A stretch of 64,000 nucleotides of DNA from an uncultured Candidatus Saccharibacteria bacterium (GCA_964516975.1 CAZFAS010000001.1:118500-182499); one strand, 5' to 3'. Positions 38,246-48,610 are shown, numbered from the stretch's first letter. Numbers and translations are program-made. Notes: generated by a model not told the origin, from the letters alone.

Positions 38246-39127
38246 TTACTTTTTCTCGATAATTCTTAATTTCGCACTTCTTGATCTTGGGTTTACTGCT
38301 ACTTCTTCGTCACTTGGCACGATCGGCTTCTTCGTTACAAGGACTGCGAGATCTGTATCTGACCAAGCTCTGAACATATGTTTTACAATTCGATCTTCAA
38401 GGCTGTGAAATGAAATTGCTGCTATTCTTCCTTTTGGTCTGAGCGCAGTAAACGCTTTTGTTAGTCCATCTTGTATAGACTCGAGCTCATCATTTACTGT
38501 TATACGTAACGCTTGAAATGTTCGAGTCGCAGGATGGATCTTTCCATGTTTAGATTTGGCAGGCACTGCTCCGACAATAATGTCTACCAGTTGCCCAGTG
38601 GTGCGTATTGGTTTTATTTCTCGAGCTTTTACTATTGCCCTTGAAATCTTCCCCGCAAAACGTTCTTCACCGTACCCACGAATGATATGTCGGATGTTCT
38701 CTTCATCCCACTCATTCACAATCTCCTGCGCGGTGAAACCGGAGTGATTTTTCCCAAATGTCATAAGGAGAGGTTCATCTCTTTGAAATGAAAATCCTCT
38801 TCCTGATTCTTCGAGTTGATTTGACGAGAGGCCAAAATCAAAAATCACTTTATCCACATTCGACAGACGAAGGTTCTCGAGGATTGTATCAAGGTTTCGA
38901 AATGAATCATTTACATACGTGATGTTTGTAAATTCTTTCAGTCTCTCCTTACTCCTTTCGATAGCATCGGGGTCAAGATCAATCCCGATAATGTTAACCT
39001 TCTTTCCAAGACGCGCGATTGATTCGGTATGCCCCCCGTTTCCGAGAGTGCCATCAACCACGGTGTTGTCGTCTTGAATGTCGAGCCCATCTAACACTTC
39101 ATGTAAAAGAACTGATGTGTGCACCAT
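38246..39127 (-). CDS. rsmH: 16S rRNA m4C1402 methyltransferase
   Basis: HTSVLL, DGTLGNGGH, HPATRTFQALRI, SFHSLEDR, NPRSRSAKLR; start moved to 39127. Confidence 0.96.
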   Translation of the reverse strand: MVHTSVLLHEVLDGLDIQDDNTVVDGTLGNGGHTESIARLGKKVNIIGIDLDPDAIERSKERLKEFTNITYVNDSFRNLDTILENLRLSNVDKVIFDFGLSSNQLEESGRGFSFQRDEPLLMTFGKNHSGFTAQEIVNEWDEENIRHIIRGYGEERFAGKISRAIVKAREIKPIRTTGQLVDIIVGAVPAKSKHGKIHPATRTFQALRITVNDELESIQDGLTKAFTALRPKGRIAAISFHSLEDRIVKHMFRAWSDTDLAVLVTKKPIVPSDEEVAVNPRSRSAKLRIIEKK

Positions 39128-39131
39128 ACAT

Positions 39132-39566
39132 TTATATAACTCCCATTCCTCCAAGCTTTTCTGCCATTGAATCCGCTTGTTTTTCAATAACAGTGCGCTT
39201 CTCCGACCAATCTTTTTCATTCCATATTTCGATTCGATCGTAGAGTCCTGCAAAAACAACTTTGCTTTTGAGAGAAGCGAAATCTCGGAGAAAATCAGGA
39301 ATAAGAATTCTTCCGATTGTATCTACCTCGACTTCTACTGCTCCAGAAAGCATGAATCGTCCGAAGTCACGATTATCACGGTGCCCCATGGGTAACTTAC
39401 CAAGTGTCTTTGCAATTTCTTCCCACGCTTTTGTCGGATACACAAGAAGACACGCATCAGGACTTTTTGTTATTACAATTTTTTTCCCGAGATCTTTTCT
39501 GAATCGTGAAGGTAATGAGATTCTTTTTTTCTCATCAACCGTATGCGTATATTCTCCAATAAACAT
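39132..39566 (-). CDS. mraZ: division/cell wall cluster repressor MraZ
   Basis: MFIGEY.H.VDEKKRI.LP, D..GRILIP, RIEIW. Confidence 0.96.
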   Translation of the reverse strand: MFIGEYTHTVDEKKRISLPSRFRKDLGKKIVITKSPDACLLVYPTKAWEEIAKTLGKLPMGHRDNRDFGRFMLSGAVEVEVDTIGRILIPDFLRDFASLKSKVVFAGLYDRIEIWNEKDWSEKRTVIEKQADSMAEKLGGMGVI

Positions 39567-39592
39567 TGTTGCGTAGTGAAGAAAAAGCATAT

Positions 39593-39659
39593 CCCACTTC
39601 TTCCCACTTGATAGTAAGTATAGAACACTTCATCCCACTTCCCTACAATTTTTATCCAC
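39593..39659 (-). promoter_or_regulatory. MraZ-binding GTGGG repeats
   Basis: GTGGG-N5-GTGGG at 39593-39607 plus further GTGGG/GTAGG/GTGGA copies upstream of mraZ. Confidence 0.7.
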
Positions 39660-39742
39660 TTTTTTGGTGAACTGTAGTTCTTTTGTATATTTTTTTAAAA
39701 AAGAAAATAGCCTCGCGCTTTGCGCGAGGCTATCCAACGGAG

Positions 39743-40390
39743 CTACTTCTTCTTCGGGACCCAAGTGAGTCCCATGTACCACATGTCTGTCCTCTTGTTC
39801 ACGTTGCGTGTCCAAGAAGATGTCACGGAAACTTCTTCCGTCATCGGTACCGTAAGTGCTACTGACGGAAGCGTGTTCCATGGAAGGTCGAGGAAGTTCA
39901 GCTTGGCGTAGCCAAGCGTTACCCATCGATACGAAAGGGAAACATCACCCAGATATCCGATGAGTAACGTCTCCGGATTCTGGACACCATCTTCCCTGAA
40001 TGACTTCGGTTCATAGGCCGGATACCACGCTGGCCACTGCATCGTCGAGACCTTGATCTCGTCACTACCGATCTTCGCGACCGGAACAGTGAGCCTGACG
40101 TACGGCCCAACCCAGGGCGAACCCTGGTAGTGACCGACAGACCATGCGATGAAACCAGTCAGCTTGCGTCCATGAAGATTCTTCCCCATGGCAAGCCACG
40201 CCTGCTCCTGCATGACAGCGAACTCCCCATATTCAGAGGAATCCGCTTTCTCGAAGATTACGATACCGGTGATTCCTGATGCGATGGCGCCTTCGCCAGC
40301 ACCAACGCTGACAGAAGACACACGGCGCTGGGCAGACGCGCCACTCACGCCGACCAAAAGCATCATGACAACCGCAAGAATGGTGCGCAT
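39743..40390 (-). CDS. secreted hypothetical protein, beta-strand rich
   Basis: signal peptide ending ASA; aromatic/Gly-rich amphipathic strands; GC-richer. Confidence 0.7.
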   Translation of the reverse strand: MRTILAVVMMLLVGVSGASAQRRVSSVSVGAGEGAIASGITGIVIFEKADSSEYGEFAVMQEQAWLAMGKNLHGRKLTGFIAWSVGHYQGSPWVGPYVRLTVPVAKIGSDEIKVSTMQWPAWYPAYEPKSFREDGVQNPETLLIGYLGDVSLSYRWVTLGYAKLNFLDLPWNTLPSVALTVPMTEEVSVTSSWTRNVNKRTDMWYMGLTWVPKKK

Positions 40391-40514
40391 CCCCCTTCCC
40401 CCTTGGATTTGAAGTTAAGATACAAACAAAGAACAGTACTACTTATATATCATAAAATATTTATTAAGTCAAGTAAGAAAAAGCCGGTTCATTTCTGAAC
40501 CGGCTCTCCTACAA

Positions 40515-41117
40515 CTAGAAGCTAAGTCGCAATGCAGCGACCGAATTACGCGACCCCTTAACTTCAGGATCAAACGCAACCGGCACTGCCCACAACATCA
40601 CACGCTTCTTTGAGAATACAACTTGGACACGAGGTCCAACACCAGCGAAACGCTGGGCACGAACACCGAGTCCAATGTTGTTGATTCCATTCAAAGTATC
40701 TGAATGGGTCAAAACATTGTTGTTCTGTTCGAGCAAATACCAATAACCCGAACCTCCCAACTCAGTGGCGAGATACAGCGAGTGCACCCCTTTCGCCATG
40801 AAGGCTGACGCCTGCATGCGCAAGGGGTTAACATCGCTCTCCACACCTCCTCCGATACTCAGCTCGATCCATGTAGCGGGAACGTAGGTCATCCCCACGA
40901 TCCCCTCGCTCCATGTATTTGAACTGAGTGACCAGATGAACACCTTCAAGTGTTCATTGATCTTGTGCTCACCAGAGATATCCACCTGAGTGGACATCTT
41001 GTGGGACTTTGCATTATACAAGTTATAGCTCTCTGTCCAGAACGAATTCCGAGACTGAGCTTCAACATTGCATACTGCTCCCAGCATGAGTGCCACAAAG
41101 GCGAAGATTCTCAACAC
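40515..41117 (-). CDS. secreted hypothetical protein, beta-barrel-like
   Basis: signal peptide ending VEA; alternating strands; C-terminal LRLSF. Confidence 0.7.
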   Translation of the reverse strand: MLRIFAFVALMLGAVCNVEAQSRNSFWTESYNLYNAKSHKMSTQVDISGEHKINEHLKVFIWSLSSNTWSEGIVGMTYVPATWIELSIGGGVESDVNPLRMQASAFMAKGVHSLYLATELGGSGYWYLLEQNNNVLTHSDTLNGINNIGLGVRAQRFAGVGPRVQVVFSKKRVMLWAVPVAFDPEVKGSRNSVAALRLSF

Positions 41118-41232
41118 TGTCGTATCCTCTTTGTAAGTGAAAGAACTAACCGTGCTAGTATTATACCATAAATATTACATAATTGTCAAGTATGAAAAAG
41201 ACGTCTTGATATGTACCAAGACGTCTTGTTGC

Positions 41233-41451
41233 CTACCCAGGATTTTCGTTGTAACCACAGTTGTTACACCGATGAGACCTTACATCCAGCAATGACCCAC
41301 ATTTGGGACATGAAACTGGCTCTGGCTTCGGCCTTGGGATTCCATGATGGATTTCCGCTCCGCAATGCGGACATTTTCTCAGATTTCCCTTTTCAAAGTT
41401 TCTCTTGCACGTGCAGTAATACACTGCCATATCTCCCCCCGGAAAGGACAA
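41233..41451 (-). CDS. small zinc-ribbon protein
   Basis: CTC, CPHC, CPKC, CNNC motifs; true start may be internal ATG. Confidence 0.55.
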   Translation of the reverse strand: MSFPGGDMAVYYCTCKRNFEKGNLRKCPHCGAEIHHGIPRPKPEPVSCPKCGSLLDVRSHRCNNCGYNENPG

Positions 41452-41521
41452 AGCTGATACTAGTGAAAACTGAATATAAAATCAAGTCAAAAAAATAGCA
41501 TCGTACAAATTTTGTACGATG

Positions 41522-41713
41522 CTACTTACTAACAGTACTTCTCAAGTACTCCTGCAACTCGCGCATCACCTTTTCATGGTTCATGTGAAGAAGGCCTCTC
41601 AGCTGAACCAGCCTCCGCTGGTCTACATCAGGCAATTCATCCTCTCTCACACCATTAACCATGATCTTACCGTATTCAAGGAGGAGTTTCCTCTTGAATT
41701 CCTCGTTTCGCAT
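41522..41713 (-). CDS. hypothetical protein
   Basis: GGAGG RBS, 63 aa, hairpin downstream. Confidence 0.5.
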   Translation of the reverse strand: MRNEEFKRKLLLEYGKIMVNGVREDELPDVDQRRLVQLRGLLHMNHEKVMRELQEYLRSTVSK

Positions 41714-41767
41714 GCGACCTCCGAGTTGTCCTCACAGCACAATAACACAAATTCGGATAAACGCAAA

Positions 41768-42202
41768 TTATTGCGTTTCAAGATTGTTTGCCCGCGTCAA
41801 TGTAAGTCTAAGAGCGAATTGGCCACATGCATTCCTAGATTCAGCGTTTGGAAGTACCGCACTCACATCTTCAAGTTTCTTCCCAGCTTTTATGGCATTT
41901 CTTATAAAAATTCGGATAGTATCCTGTGTTGCGGTGTGAGTGATGCTTCTTTGTTCATCTTTTATTGCATGCTCCTCACCTCTACCCTCCGTCTCAAGTG
42001 TAGAAAGATGATCCACTACACTCTTTGTATACCGCAAACACTGATCAAGAAGATCTTCCAATAATTCTTGTAAATTTTCATCACCTTCTGCTAATGCGTT
42101 TAGTTTTTCAAGTGGCACCATCCACGAAGTACTATCCATATCAAATCCTTCACGAAGTGGTTCTATCTCTTTTACTGTTTCATCAGGTAACTCAAAATGC
42201 AT
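41768..42202 (-). CDS. hypothetical protein
   Basis: 144-aa acidic ORF immediately after lysS. Confidence 0.65.
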   Translation of the reverse strand: MHFELPDETVKEIEPLREGFDMDSTSWMVPLEKLNALAEGDENLQELLEDLLDQCLRYTKSVVDHLSTLETEGRGEEHAIKDEQRSITHTATQDTIRIFIRNAIKAGKKLEDVSAVLPNAESRNACGQFALRLTLTRANNLETQ

Positions 42203-42207
42203 ATATG

Positions 42208-43686
42208 TTAATTATCTTTAGGTTTTAATGTTGGAAATAGTATCACTTCCTTAATATTCTTCACATCAGTAAGTAACATTGCGAGTCTATCTATTCCGAT
42301 ACCAATCCCTCCATTTGGTGGCATGCCGTATTCCATTGCTTCAAGATATACTTCGTCAGACGGTGATATCTCGGATTCACCTTTTTTACCTTTTTTCTCT
42401 TCCTCAAGATATCGAGCTTTCTGATCAAGAGGATTATTCGTCTCAGAAAAAGCATTTACAAGCTCTACTCCCCCGACGACAAGCTGAAATCTATCGATAA
42501 GTGTAGGATCATCTTCCTTACGCTTTGCGAAAGGATTCATTGCAACAGGATAATCAACAATAAATGTAGGCTGAACAAGCTTAGGGCGAGCTGTCTTTTT
42601 ATAAATGTTATCCATGATTTTTTCGAGTGCCTCCTCTGGTTCAACTTTTACTCCAAGTTGTTGTGCGCGAATTGCAGCGTCTTCACGAGTCAGTGTCTCT
42701 GGATTTGGAATAAGTGCATGCCGGCGTAATAGATCATAAAAAGTAACAACAGCAAATTTTTTGCTAAAATCGATTGTCTGTTCGTCGTACACGATCTTAC
42801 TTTTACCAAACAACTTTTTCACAACATACTTAAAGAGTTCCTCGATAAAGTCTCGCTGATCCTGTGCATCTGCATATGCTTCATTTGACTCAAGCATTGT
42901 GAACTCAGGATTATGTGTTGTATCGATACCTTCGTTTCGAAATCTTCTACCTATTTCATACACCTTGGTAAACCCACCACCAAGCAGTTCTTTCAAATAT
43001 AACTCTTGCGCGATAGGAAGATAAAAGTCCATATCAAGAGCATTATGATGTGTCACAAAAGGTTTAGCTGTTGCTCCTCCAGCTAGCGGTTGGAGTTGTG
43101 GTACTTCGACCTCAAGAAACCCTTTATCATTATAAAAGTTGCGAATTTCTTGAATCATCTTGATTCGAAGAATAAATCTTTGCTTCACTTCTTCGCTCAT
43201 GAGTGTATCGAGATACCGACGCCTGAATCTTTCCTCGACATCTTGAAGTCCGTGCCACTTTTCAGGAAGAGGTCTTAGTCCCTTTGCAAGCATGCGCCAC
43301 TTAGAAACCTGAACGGTCTTCTCATTTCTTTTTGTCACGAACAGTGAGCCTTTTACTTCTACGAAATCCCCGATATCGAGCGTTTCATTGAGCAAGTCAA
43401 AATCTGCATCGCTAATCTTCTCCCCCTTTTTTACAAGTGCTTGAAATTTCTCAGTACCATCTGAAAAATGAAAAAACACGAGACCACCTTGAGGCCGTAG
43501 TGACATGACTCTTCCTACAAGGTAATACTCTTTCTTTTTTGCTTTTGATAGCTTATTAAAATTCTTAACAACCTCTGAAAGTTCAAAATCTCTTTTTGTT
43601 GTGGTTGGGAATGCATTAATACCCTTCTCTTCGAGCTTCTGCAATTTCTCTAGTCGTATATTTCTAATTTCTTCAAGTGAAGACAT
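42208..43686 (-). CDS. lysS: lysine--tRNA ligase (class II)
   Basis: LPEKWHGL, FRNEGID.THNPEFT, YGMPP.GGIGIGIDRL. Confidence 0.98.
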   Translation of the reverse strand: MSSLEEIRNIRLEKLQKLEEKGINAFPTTTKRDFELSEVVKNFNKLSKAKKKEYYLVGRVMSLRPQGGLVFFHFSDGTEKFQALVKKGEKISDADFDLLNETLDIGDFVEVKGSLFVTKRNEKTVQVSKWRMLAKGLRPLPEKWHGLQDVEERFRRRYLDTLMSEEVKQRFILRIKMIQEIRNFYNDKGFLEVEVPQLQPLAGGATAKPFVTHHNALDMDFYLPIAQELYLKELLGGGFTKVYEIGRRFRNEGIDTTHNPEFTMLESNEAYADAQDQRDFIEELFKYVVKKLFGKSKIVYDEQTIDFSKKFAVVTFYDLLRRHALIPNPETLTREDAAIRAQQLGVKVEPEEALEKIMDNIYKKTARPKLVQPTFIVDYPVAMNPFAKRKEDDPTLIDRFQLVVGGVELVNAFSETNNPLDQKARYLEEEKKGKKGESEISPSDEVYLEAMEYGMPPNGGIGIGIDRLAMLLTDVKNIKEVILFPTLKPKDN

Positions 43687-43790
43687 GTTCGGACTCTTAT
43701 CTATTAATACTATATGGTAAATAGTAGCACAAAAAAGCGTGTAGACATGGCTCTACAATAATGGGACCTTAAAGCAAACTTGGAACGAGA

Positions 43791-44258
43791 TTACTTGATT
43801 TCGAGAATCTTGTAGGTCACATTACCGCCCGGAGTTGAGAATGAGAATGACTCCCCCTTCTTTTTTCCCTGAGCGGCAGACCCTAATGGAGATTTGATTG
43901 AGATTTTGCCGAGAGACATATCAGCCTCTTCTGAACCCACGAGTGTAATGACCTTTTTATCCTTGTCACCCTCCTTCTGAATAGTAAGTGCTGAACCCAC
44001 AGACGCAACGCCAGTAGTATGTGCTGAAACGATAGTTGCTGTTTTAAGAATCATTTCAAGTTTTGCAATTCTATCTTCAACAGAAGCCTGCATATCACGT
44101 GCTTCATGGTATTCAGCATTCTCAGAAAGATCACCAAGACCCTTGGCATGCTCAAGGTTTTCTGCAACTTCCTTTCTTCGAACTGTTTTCAAATGATGTA
44201 ACTCATTTTTGAACTCTTCGAACTTTTCTTTGGTCAAATACTCGTGTTCGTCTTTCAT
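43791..44258 (-). CDS. greA: transcription elongation factor GreA
   Basis: GDLSENAEY, ISIKSPLG. Confidence 0.96.
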   Translation of the reverse strand: MKDEHEYLTKEKFEEFKNELHHLKTVRRKEVAENLEHAKGLGDLSENAEYHEARDMQASVEDRIAKLEMILKTATIVSAHTTGVASVGSALTIQKEGDKDKKVITLVGSEEADMSLGKISIKSPLGSAAQGKKKGESFSFSTPGGNVTYKILEIK

Positions 44259-44353
44259 ATATATTAGCGAGTTATTGTATGCTTTTAGGGGTAAAAGTCA
44301 ACTTACCTACAAGAGTAATACGTGGGGCAATACAAAAGAAATATAAAAAACGC

Positions 44354-44381
44354 TTGACAATAAAATTGGGCATGCTATAAT
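44354..44381 (+). promoter_or_regulatory. consensus sigma70 promoter
   Basis: TTGACA-16-TATAAT with TG extension. Confidence 0.75.
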
Positions 44382-44387
44382 AGGCGC

Positions 44388-44730
44388 AGAAAAAAGCAGT
44401 ACGTTCGAAACAAAAAGAGCGAAGCGAAAAAGATAAAAGAAGAAGCGAAGCAAGACTCAAGACCCAAGAGCCAAAAAAGTAGTACACGAGCGGGATCAAC
44501 CCGCCCGTGCCGCACTACAAGCAAGTGGGCTTGAAAGCTTGGTTATCCTCCGAATCCGGATTTGGGCCCGCGTTGGCCCAAGACGTGAGTCGGACAAATC
44601 TGCGACCACCGATAGAGGTGAGAGGTGGCGTGAGATCAAAAGGGAGTCTTGGCCAGGCTGCGGGATTTGAGTGCCACCTTTCGCTCGCCAAGTTAGTAAA
44701 GTCACTCGAGCATTTGCTCGTAGTGCACCA
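44388..44730 (+). ncRNA. candidate structured non-coding RNA of unknown class
   Basis: strong promoter, no credible ORF, long closing helix GCACTACAAGCAAGTG/CATTTGCTCGTAGTGC then ACCA, internal helices, terminator 44733-44770. Confidence 0.5.
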
Positions 44731-44732
44731 TT

Positions 44733-44770
44733 GCCCCGTCACACATCCAGTGTGACGGGGCTCTTTCTTT
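44733..44770 (+). terminator. intrinsic terminator
   Basis: GCCCCGTCACAC-ATCCA-GTGTGACGGGGC-TCTTTCTTT. Confidence 0.8.
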
Positions 44771-44788
44771 GTCAAAAACTTTTTATCA

Positions 44789-46498
44789 TTATTTAACGTA
44801 TTGTGGTGTATTAATATACATCCACTCTAGAAGTTGGCGCATTACGTATGTTGCTCCGATAGTGTTTGTTCGATCTCCTCTTTCCATAAGTACAGCAAAA
44901 GCGAAACGTGGATTTTCGTATGGGAAAAATCCTGTGACCCATGAATTCACTTTTTGTTTTGTTACACCAAGCTCTGCTGTTCCAGTTTTGGCAGCGACGG
45001 ATATTCCAGGCATCGAAAGACCTTTCGCTATGCCCTCATCAACTGAAAGTTTCATCCCCTCTTTTACAATTTGGAAATGATCGCCTGAAAGTGCAAGCGA
45101 CACGGTATCTTTACTTTCTCGAGGGTTATTCAAAATCACTGTTGGACGAAGTAGTGTGCCATTATTTGCAAGTGACGCTACTGCGCGCACCGCTTGAATA
45201 GGCGTCACCTGAAAACCATACTGACCGATAGAACTATTATACGTATCACCGATTCTCCACGGATCCCCTTTAAACGTTGCAGCTTTCCATTCTGGACTCG
45301 GAATATTTCCCACCTTTTCGCCCAAAAGGTCTATTCCCGTATTACTACCGAAACCAAACATTCGTATATATTTTTCAATATTTGCTATACCAAGGCCTTT
45401 TTGACCGTTATATCCCCCGCCAATCGTATAAAAATATTCATCAGATGATTCTGCAATTCCTTGTCTCATATCCACCCATCCATGCACCTTCCAGTCTTTA
45501 AATATAGTTTTCTTCGTTGGATCGTATGGATTTGGAATACTAATATAACCAATACTTAAAATCTTCTTGAGTGGATCAATCAAATTCTCTTCAAGAGCAC
45601 CGAGAGCGATATATGGCTTTACGATAGACCCTGGAATATAGAGACCTGAAATCGCTCGATCAATAAACGGATTATTTTTATTGAGCAAGATTTCCTGAAT
45701 CGCTTTCGAATCTGTACCATCTGTCATCACATTGAGATCAAACTCTGGATAACTTGTTATAGCAAGTATTTCACCATTATGAATATCCATAATGACCCCA
45801 GATCCTCCAGAAAAACCTCGATCAATCGCAGTAGATTTGATCGATTCAAACAATTTATTCTGTACACCAGCATCTATAGAGAGTGTGAGGTTGGCACCAT
45901 CTTTCGGAGGTGTCAGTAAACTCTCAGACTGAATATTACCAAGTGCATCTGTTTCTGTAATCTTAAGGCCATTCGTTCCAAGAAGCTCATTATTATAATA
46001 CTCCTCAACCCCACCCTTCGGAGTAAATTTTTCTTCATAATAAAATCCAGATTTATCTTTCGAAGGATATTTCACGAATCCGAGCACATGAGCAAATCCA
46101 GCTTGATTTATATATTTTCGAAAAGAAAAATCGCTTCCCGGATTTAGCTCATTCCATGCAAGCTCTTTTTTATTTCTATCCAGTATAAGTCCACGATCAG
46201 CATATATCGTCGTATGCTTCAAATGGTTCTTGTCACTACGTATTTGAAAAGCTTCACCTTGTTTCACTTGGAGGACCCACATCCTTCCAGTAAAAACAAT
46301 ACCAATTATTAAAAATAAAATACCTGTCAGAAGAAATGTGGTCTTTGAGATTGGCTTTTCGAGCCTTCCCTCAAACTGATGAGTGTCAAAATCTGGTAAG
46401 TTTGAAGAATCAAGAAATATTTCATCGGGATCAATCGTCCCTTTTGTATCAATTACTCCAGAATGAAATATTTTTCTTTTGATTCTCTTAAAGGTCAT
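44789..46498 (-). CDS. mrdA: penicillin-binding protein 2
   Basis: PGSIVK, SSD, KTGTAE; follows mreBCD. Confidence 0.88.
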   Translation of the reverse strand: MTFKRIKRKIFHSGVIDTKGTIDPDEIFLDSSNLPDFDTHQFEGRLEKPISKTTFLLTGILFLIIGIVFTGRMWVLQVKQGEAFQIRSDKNHLKHTTIYADRGLILDRNKKELAWNELNPGSDFSFRKYINQAGFAHVLGFVKYPSKDKSGFYYEEKFTPKGGVEEYYNNELLGTNGLKITETDALGNIQSESLLTPPKDGANLTLSIDAGVQNKLFESIKSTAIDRGFSGGSGVIMDIHNGEILAITSYPEFDLNVMTDGTDSKAIQEILLNKNNPFIDRAISGLYIPGSIVKPYIALGALEENLIDPLKKILSIGYISIPNPYDPTKKTIFKDWKVHGWVDMRQGIAESSDEYFYTIGGGYNGQKGLGIANIEKYIRMFGFGSNTGIDLLGEKVGNIPSPEWKAATFKGDPWRIGDTYNSSIGQYGFQVTPIQAVRAVASLANNGTLLRPTVILNNPRESKDTVSLALSGDHFQIVKEGMKLSVDEGIAKGLSMPGISVAAKTGTAELGVTKQKVNSWVTGFFPYENPRFAFAVLMERGDRTNTIGATYVMRQLLEWMYINTPQYVK

Positions 46499-46767
46499 GA
46501 GTGAAAAGTGAAGTGTTCCTTCATATAGAATGAAAGAAGAAACATAGCAGAAAGAATAAGTGTAAATGGCATACCCATAAGAAAACTGAGTTTGCCTGCG
46601 GCATACAGCGTATCAAGGATAAGTGCTACAGGCAATAATTCGTAAAACGAATTAAACATAAACACTAAATACAGACCAAATAGCACACTCACCCACCATG
46701 GAAGGAAGAACAGCGAGCTAAAAAGGATTACGTCACAGATGATACGAATACTATTATTTTTATTCAT
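46495..46767 (-). CDS. small membrane protein in MreD position
   Basis: hydrophobic 90 aa between mreC and mrdA. Confidence 0.55.
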   Translation of the reverse strand: MNKNNSIRIICDVILFSSLFFLPWWVSVLFGLYLVFMFNSFYELLPVALILDTLYAAGKLSFLMGMPFTLILSAMFLLSFYMKEHFTFHS

Positions 46768-47560
46768 GAATAATTTGTACCCAACTTAATTCAAAAATAT
46801 TTAGTGGATATGACAAATAGAGTGTCTTAAATGAGTCTGCCTCCGTTTCAGATATATGGCCCACGAGCGCAATCACATGAGAATGAAAAGCGGGAATAAT
46901 AACAGTGTCATTTGGATTTACTGTTAAATCTTTTGGTACTACAACAGTAAAATTTCCTCCGCCACTTCCCACAAGTTTGAGCGGAACACTACTCTTTGCA
47001 ATTTCAGCATCTATGGTAAACCCAGGATCAGAGTACATTCGAACTTTTGCAATCTTTCCATATACATCGAGCACTTCACCAAGGATCACACCCCCGACAC
47101 CGAGAACTTTGTCCCCTTTTGCGACAACCTCACCTCCTGTCTCAACATAAAAAAGATCGTATGGTGTTTCAAAAAAACGCGTGAGAATTCGAGCAGGGAT
47201 TGTGCGACCATTTGGTGTGGAAGATGATATACCTTTCAGCACTTCATTTTCTTTTTGCAAATATTCTGACTTTGATGCTTCGAGATTTGCAAGAAGTAAA
47301 TCCTGCTTAAGCTTCTCGTTTTCAGCAATGAGACTTGACTTTGAATAGAGAAAAGAAAACTTAGACTTTGCAGCATTAGAAACCGATTCACGAATCGCCC
47401 AAAGCGGTTTTGAAACTGGTTCAAGAATAGTAAACAAAAAATGTGGGAATAATCGTGAAATGAAAAAAGTTGCCACACAAAAAACAACGACGACTTTAAG
47501 TGCCATCGTAAATGATGCATTCTTTCGAGGTTTAGTTTTGAGCTGGTAATTCATCTTCAT
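46760..47560 (-). CDS. mreC: rod shape-determining protein MreC
   Basis: TM, L..ENEKLK coiled coil, G.GGGNF beta domain; start moved to 47560. Confidence 0.85.
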   Translation of the reverse strand: MKMNYQLKTKPRKNASFTMALKVVVVFCVATFFISRLFPHFLFTILEPVSKPLWAIRESVSNAAKSKFSFLYSKSSLIAENEKLKQDLLLANLEASKSEYLQKENEVLKGISSSTPNGRTIPARILTRFFETPYDLFYVETGGEVVAKGDKVLGVGGVILGEVLDVYGKIAKVRMYSDPGFTIDAEIAKSSVPLKLVGSGGGNFTVVVPKDLTVNPNDTVIIPAFHSHVIALVGHISETEADSFKTLYLSYPLNIFELSWVQIIHE

Positions 47561-48608
47561 TCTGAATGAGTACTTCCCTAAAGCTATCGATATCTTCAAG
47601 AATAATACCCGTACCACGCGCAACCGCAGTAAGTGGATCAGACGCAACATGAATCGGAATCTTCAGTTCACTTTCTAAAAGCTCGGCGAGTCCTTTGATA
47701 AGTGCACCACCACCTGCAAGGTATATTCCTCTGTTCATAATATCAGAGAGAACTTCTGGTGGTGTAGTCTCGAGAACTTCGCGACTTGCTTCTATTAGGC
47801 TTGCTATCGATAGTGATATTGCTTCTCTAATATCTGAATCAGTAATAACAACCTCACGTGGAAGACCGGTCACAAGATCACGACCTTTAATAGAAGACTC
47901 GAGTGATCCTCCCATTGTAGGGATTACAGCACCAATCGCCATCTTAATATTTTCTGCAGTCTTCTCACCAATCAAGATTTTGAATTCACTGCGAATGTAC
48001 GAAATGATGTCGTTATTAAGCTTGTCACCTGCGATACGAAGATTTTTTGCTTTCACAACGCCGCCGAGTGAAATAACTGCGATATCAGATGTGCCTCCCC
48101 CAATATCAATAACCATACTTCCCACAGGATCATTTACAGGTAGTCGCATGCCGATAGCTGCAGCCATCGGCTCTTCTACAATATGCACCTCACCTGCTCC
48201 AGCATTTCGCGTTGCGTCACGGACTGCACGAATCTCAACATTGGTTATTCCTGATGGAACACCAACAACAACTCGCGGGCCAAACATTTTTTTATTATTT
48301 TTTTGCGCAGTATTGAGTAGGTACGTAATCATTTCTTCTGTCACTTCGAAATCCGAGATAACTCCATCGACAAGTGGTTTTACTGCGACGATGTGTGCTG
48401 GAGTACGTCCAAGCATTTGCTTTGCTTCATTGCCCACGGCTACCACTCTTCCTGTTTTTTGGTTTATCGCTACTACTGATGGCTCATTGATGACAATACC
48501 CGCACCCTTTACATACACAAGAGTATTTGCTGTTCCAAGATCAATACCAATGTCATTTCTGACAAAGTGTTTAAACTTTTCAAATGGTCCTTTTTTTTGC
48601 TTATCCAT
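47532..48608 (-). CDS. mreB: rod shape-determining protein MreB
   Basis: IDLGTANT, EEPMAAAIG, DIGGGT, GGGAL. Confidence 0.96.
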   Translation of the reverse strand: MDKQKKGPFEKFKHFVRNDIGIDLGTANTLVYVKGAGIVINEPSVVAINQKTGRVVAVGNEAKQMLGRTPAHIVAVKPLVDGVISDFEVTEEMITYLLNTAQKNNKKMFGPRVVVGVPSGITNVEIRAVRDATRNAGAGEVHIVEEPMAAAIGMRLPVNDPVGSMVIDIGGGTSDIAVISLGGVVKAKNLRIAGDKLNNDIISYIRSEFKILIGEKTAENIKMAIGAVIPTMGGSLESSIKGRDLVTGLPREVVITDSDIREAISLSIASLIEASREVLETTPPEVLSDIMNRGIYLAGGGALIKGLAELLESELKIPIHVASDPLTAVARGTGIILEDIDSFREVLIQNEDELPAQN

Positions 48609-48610
48609 AA

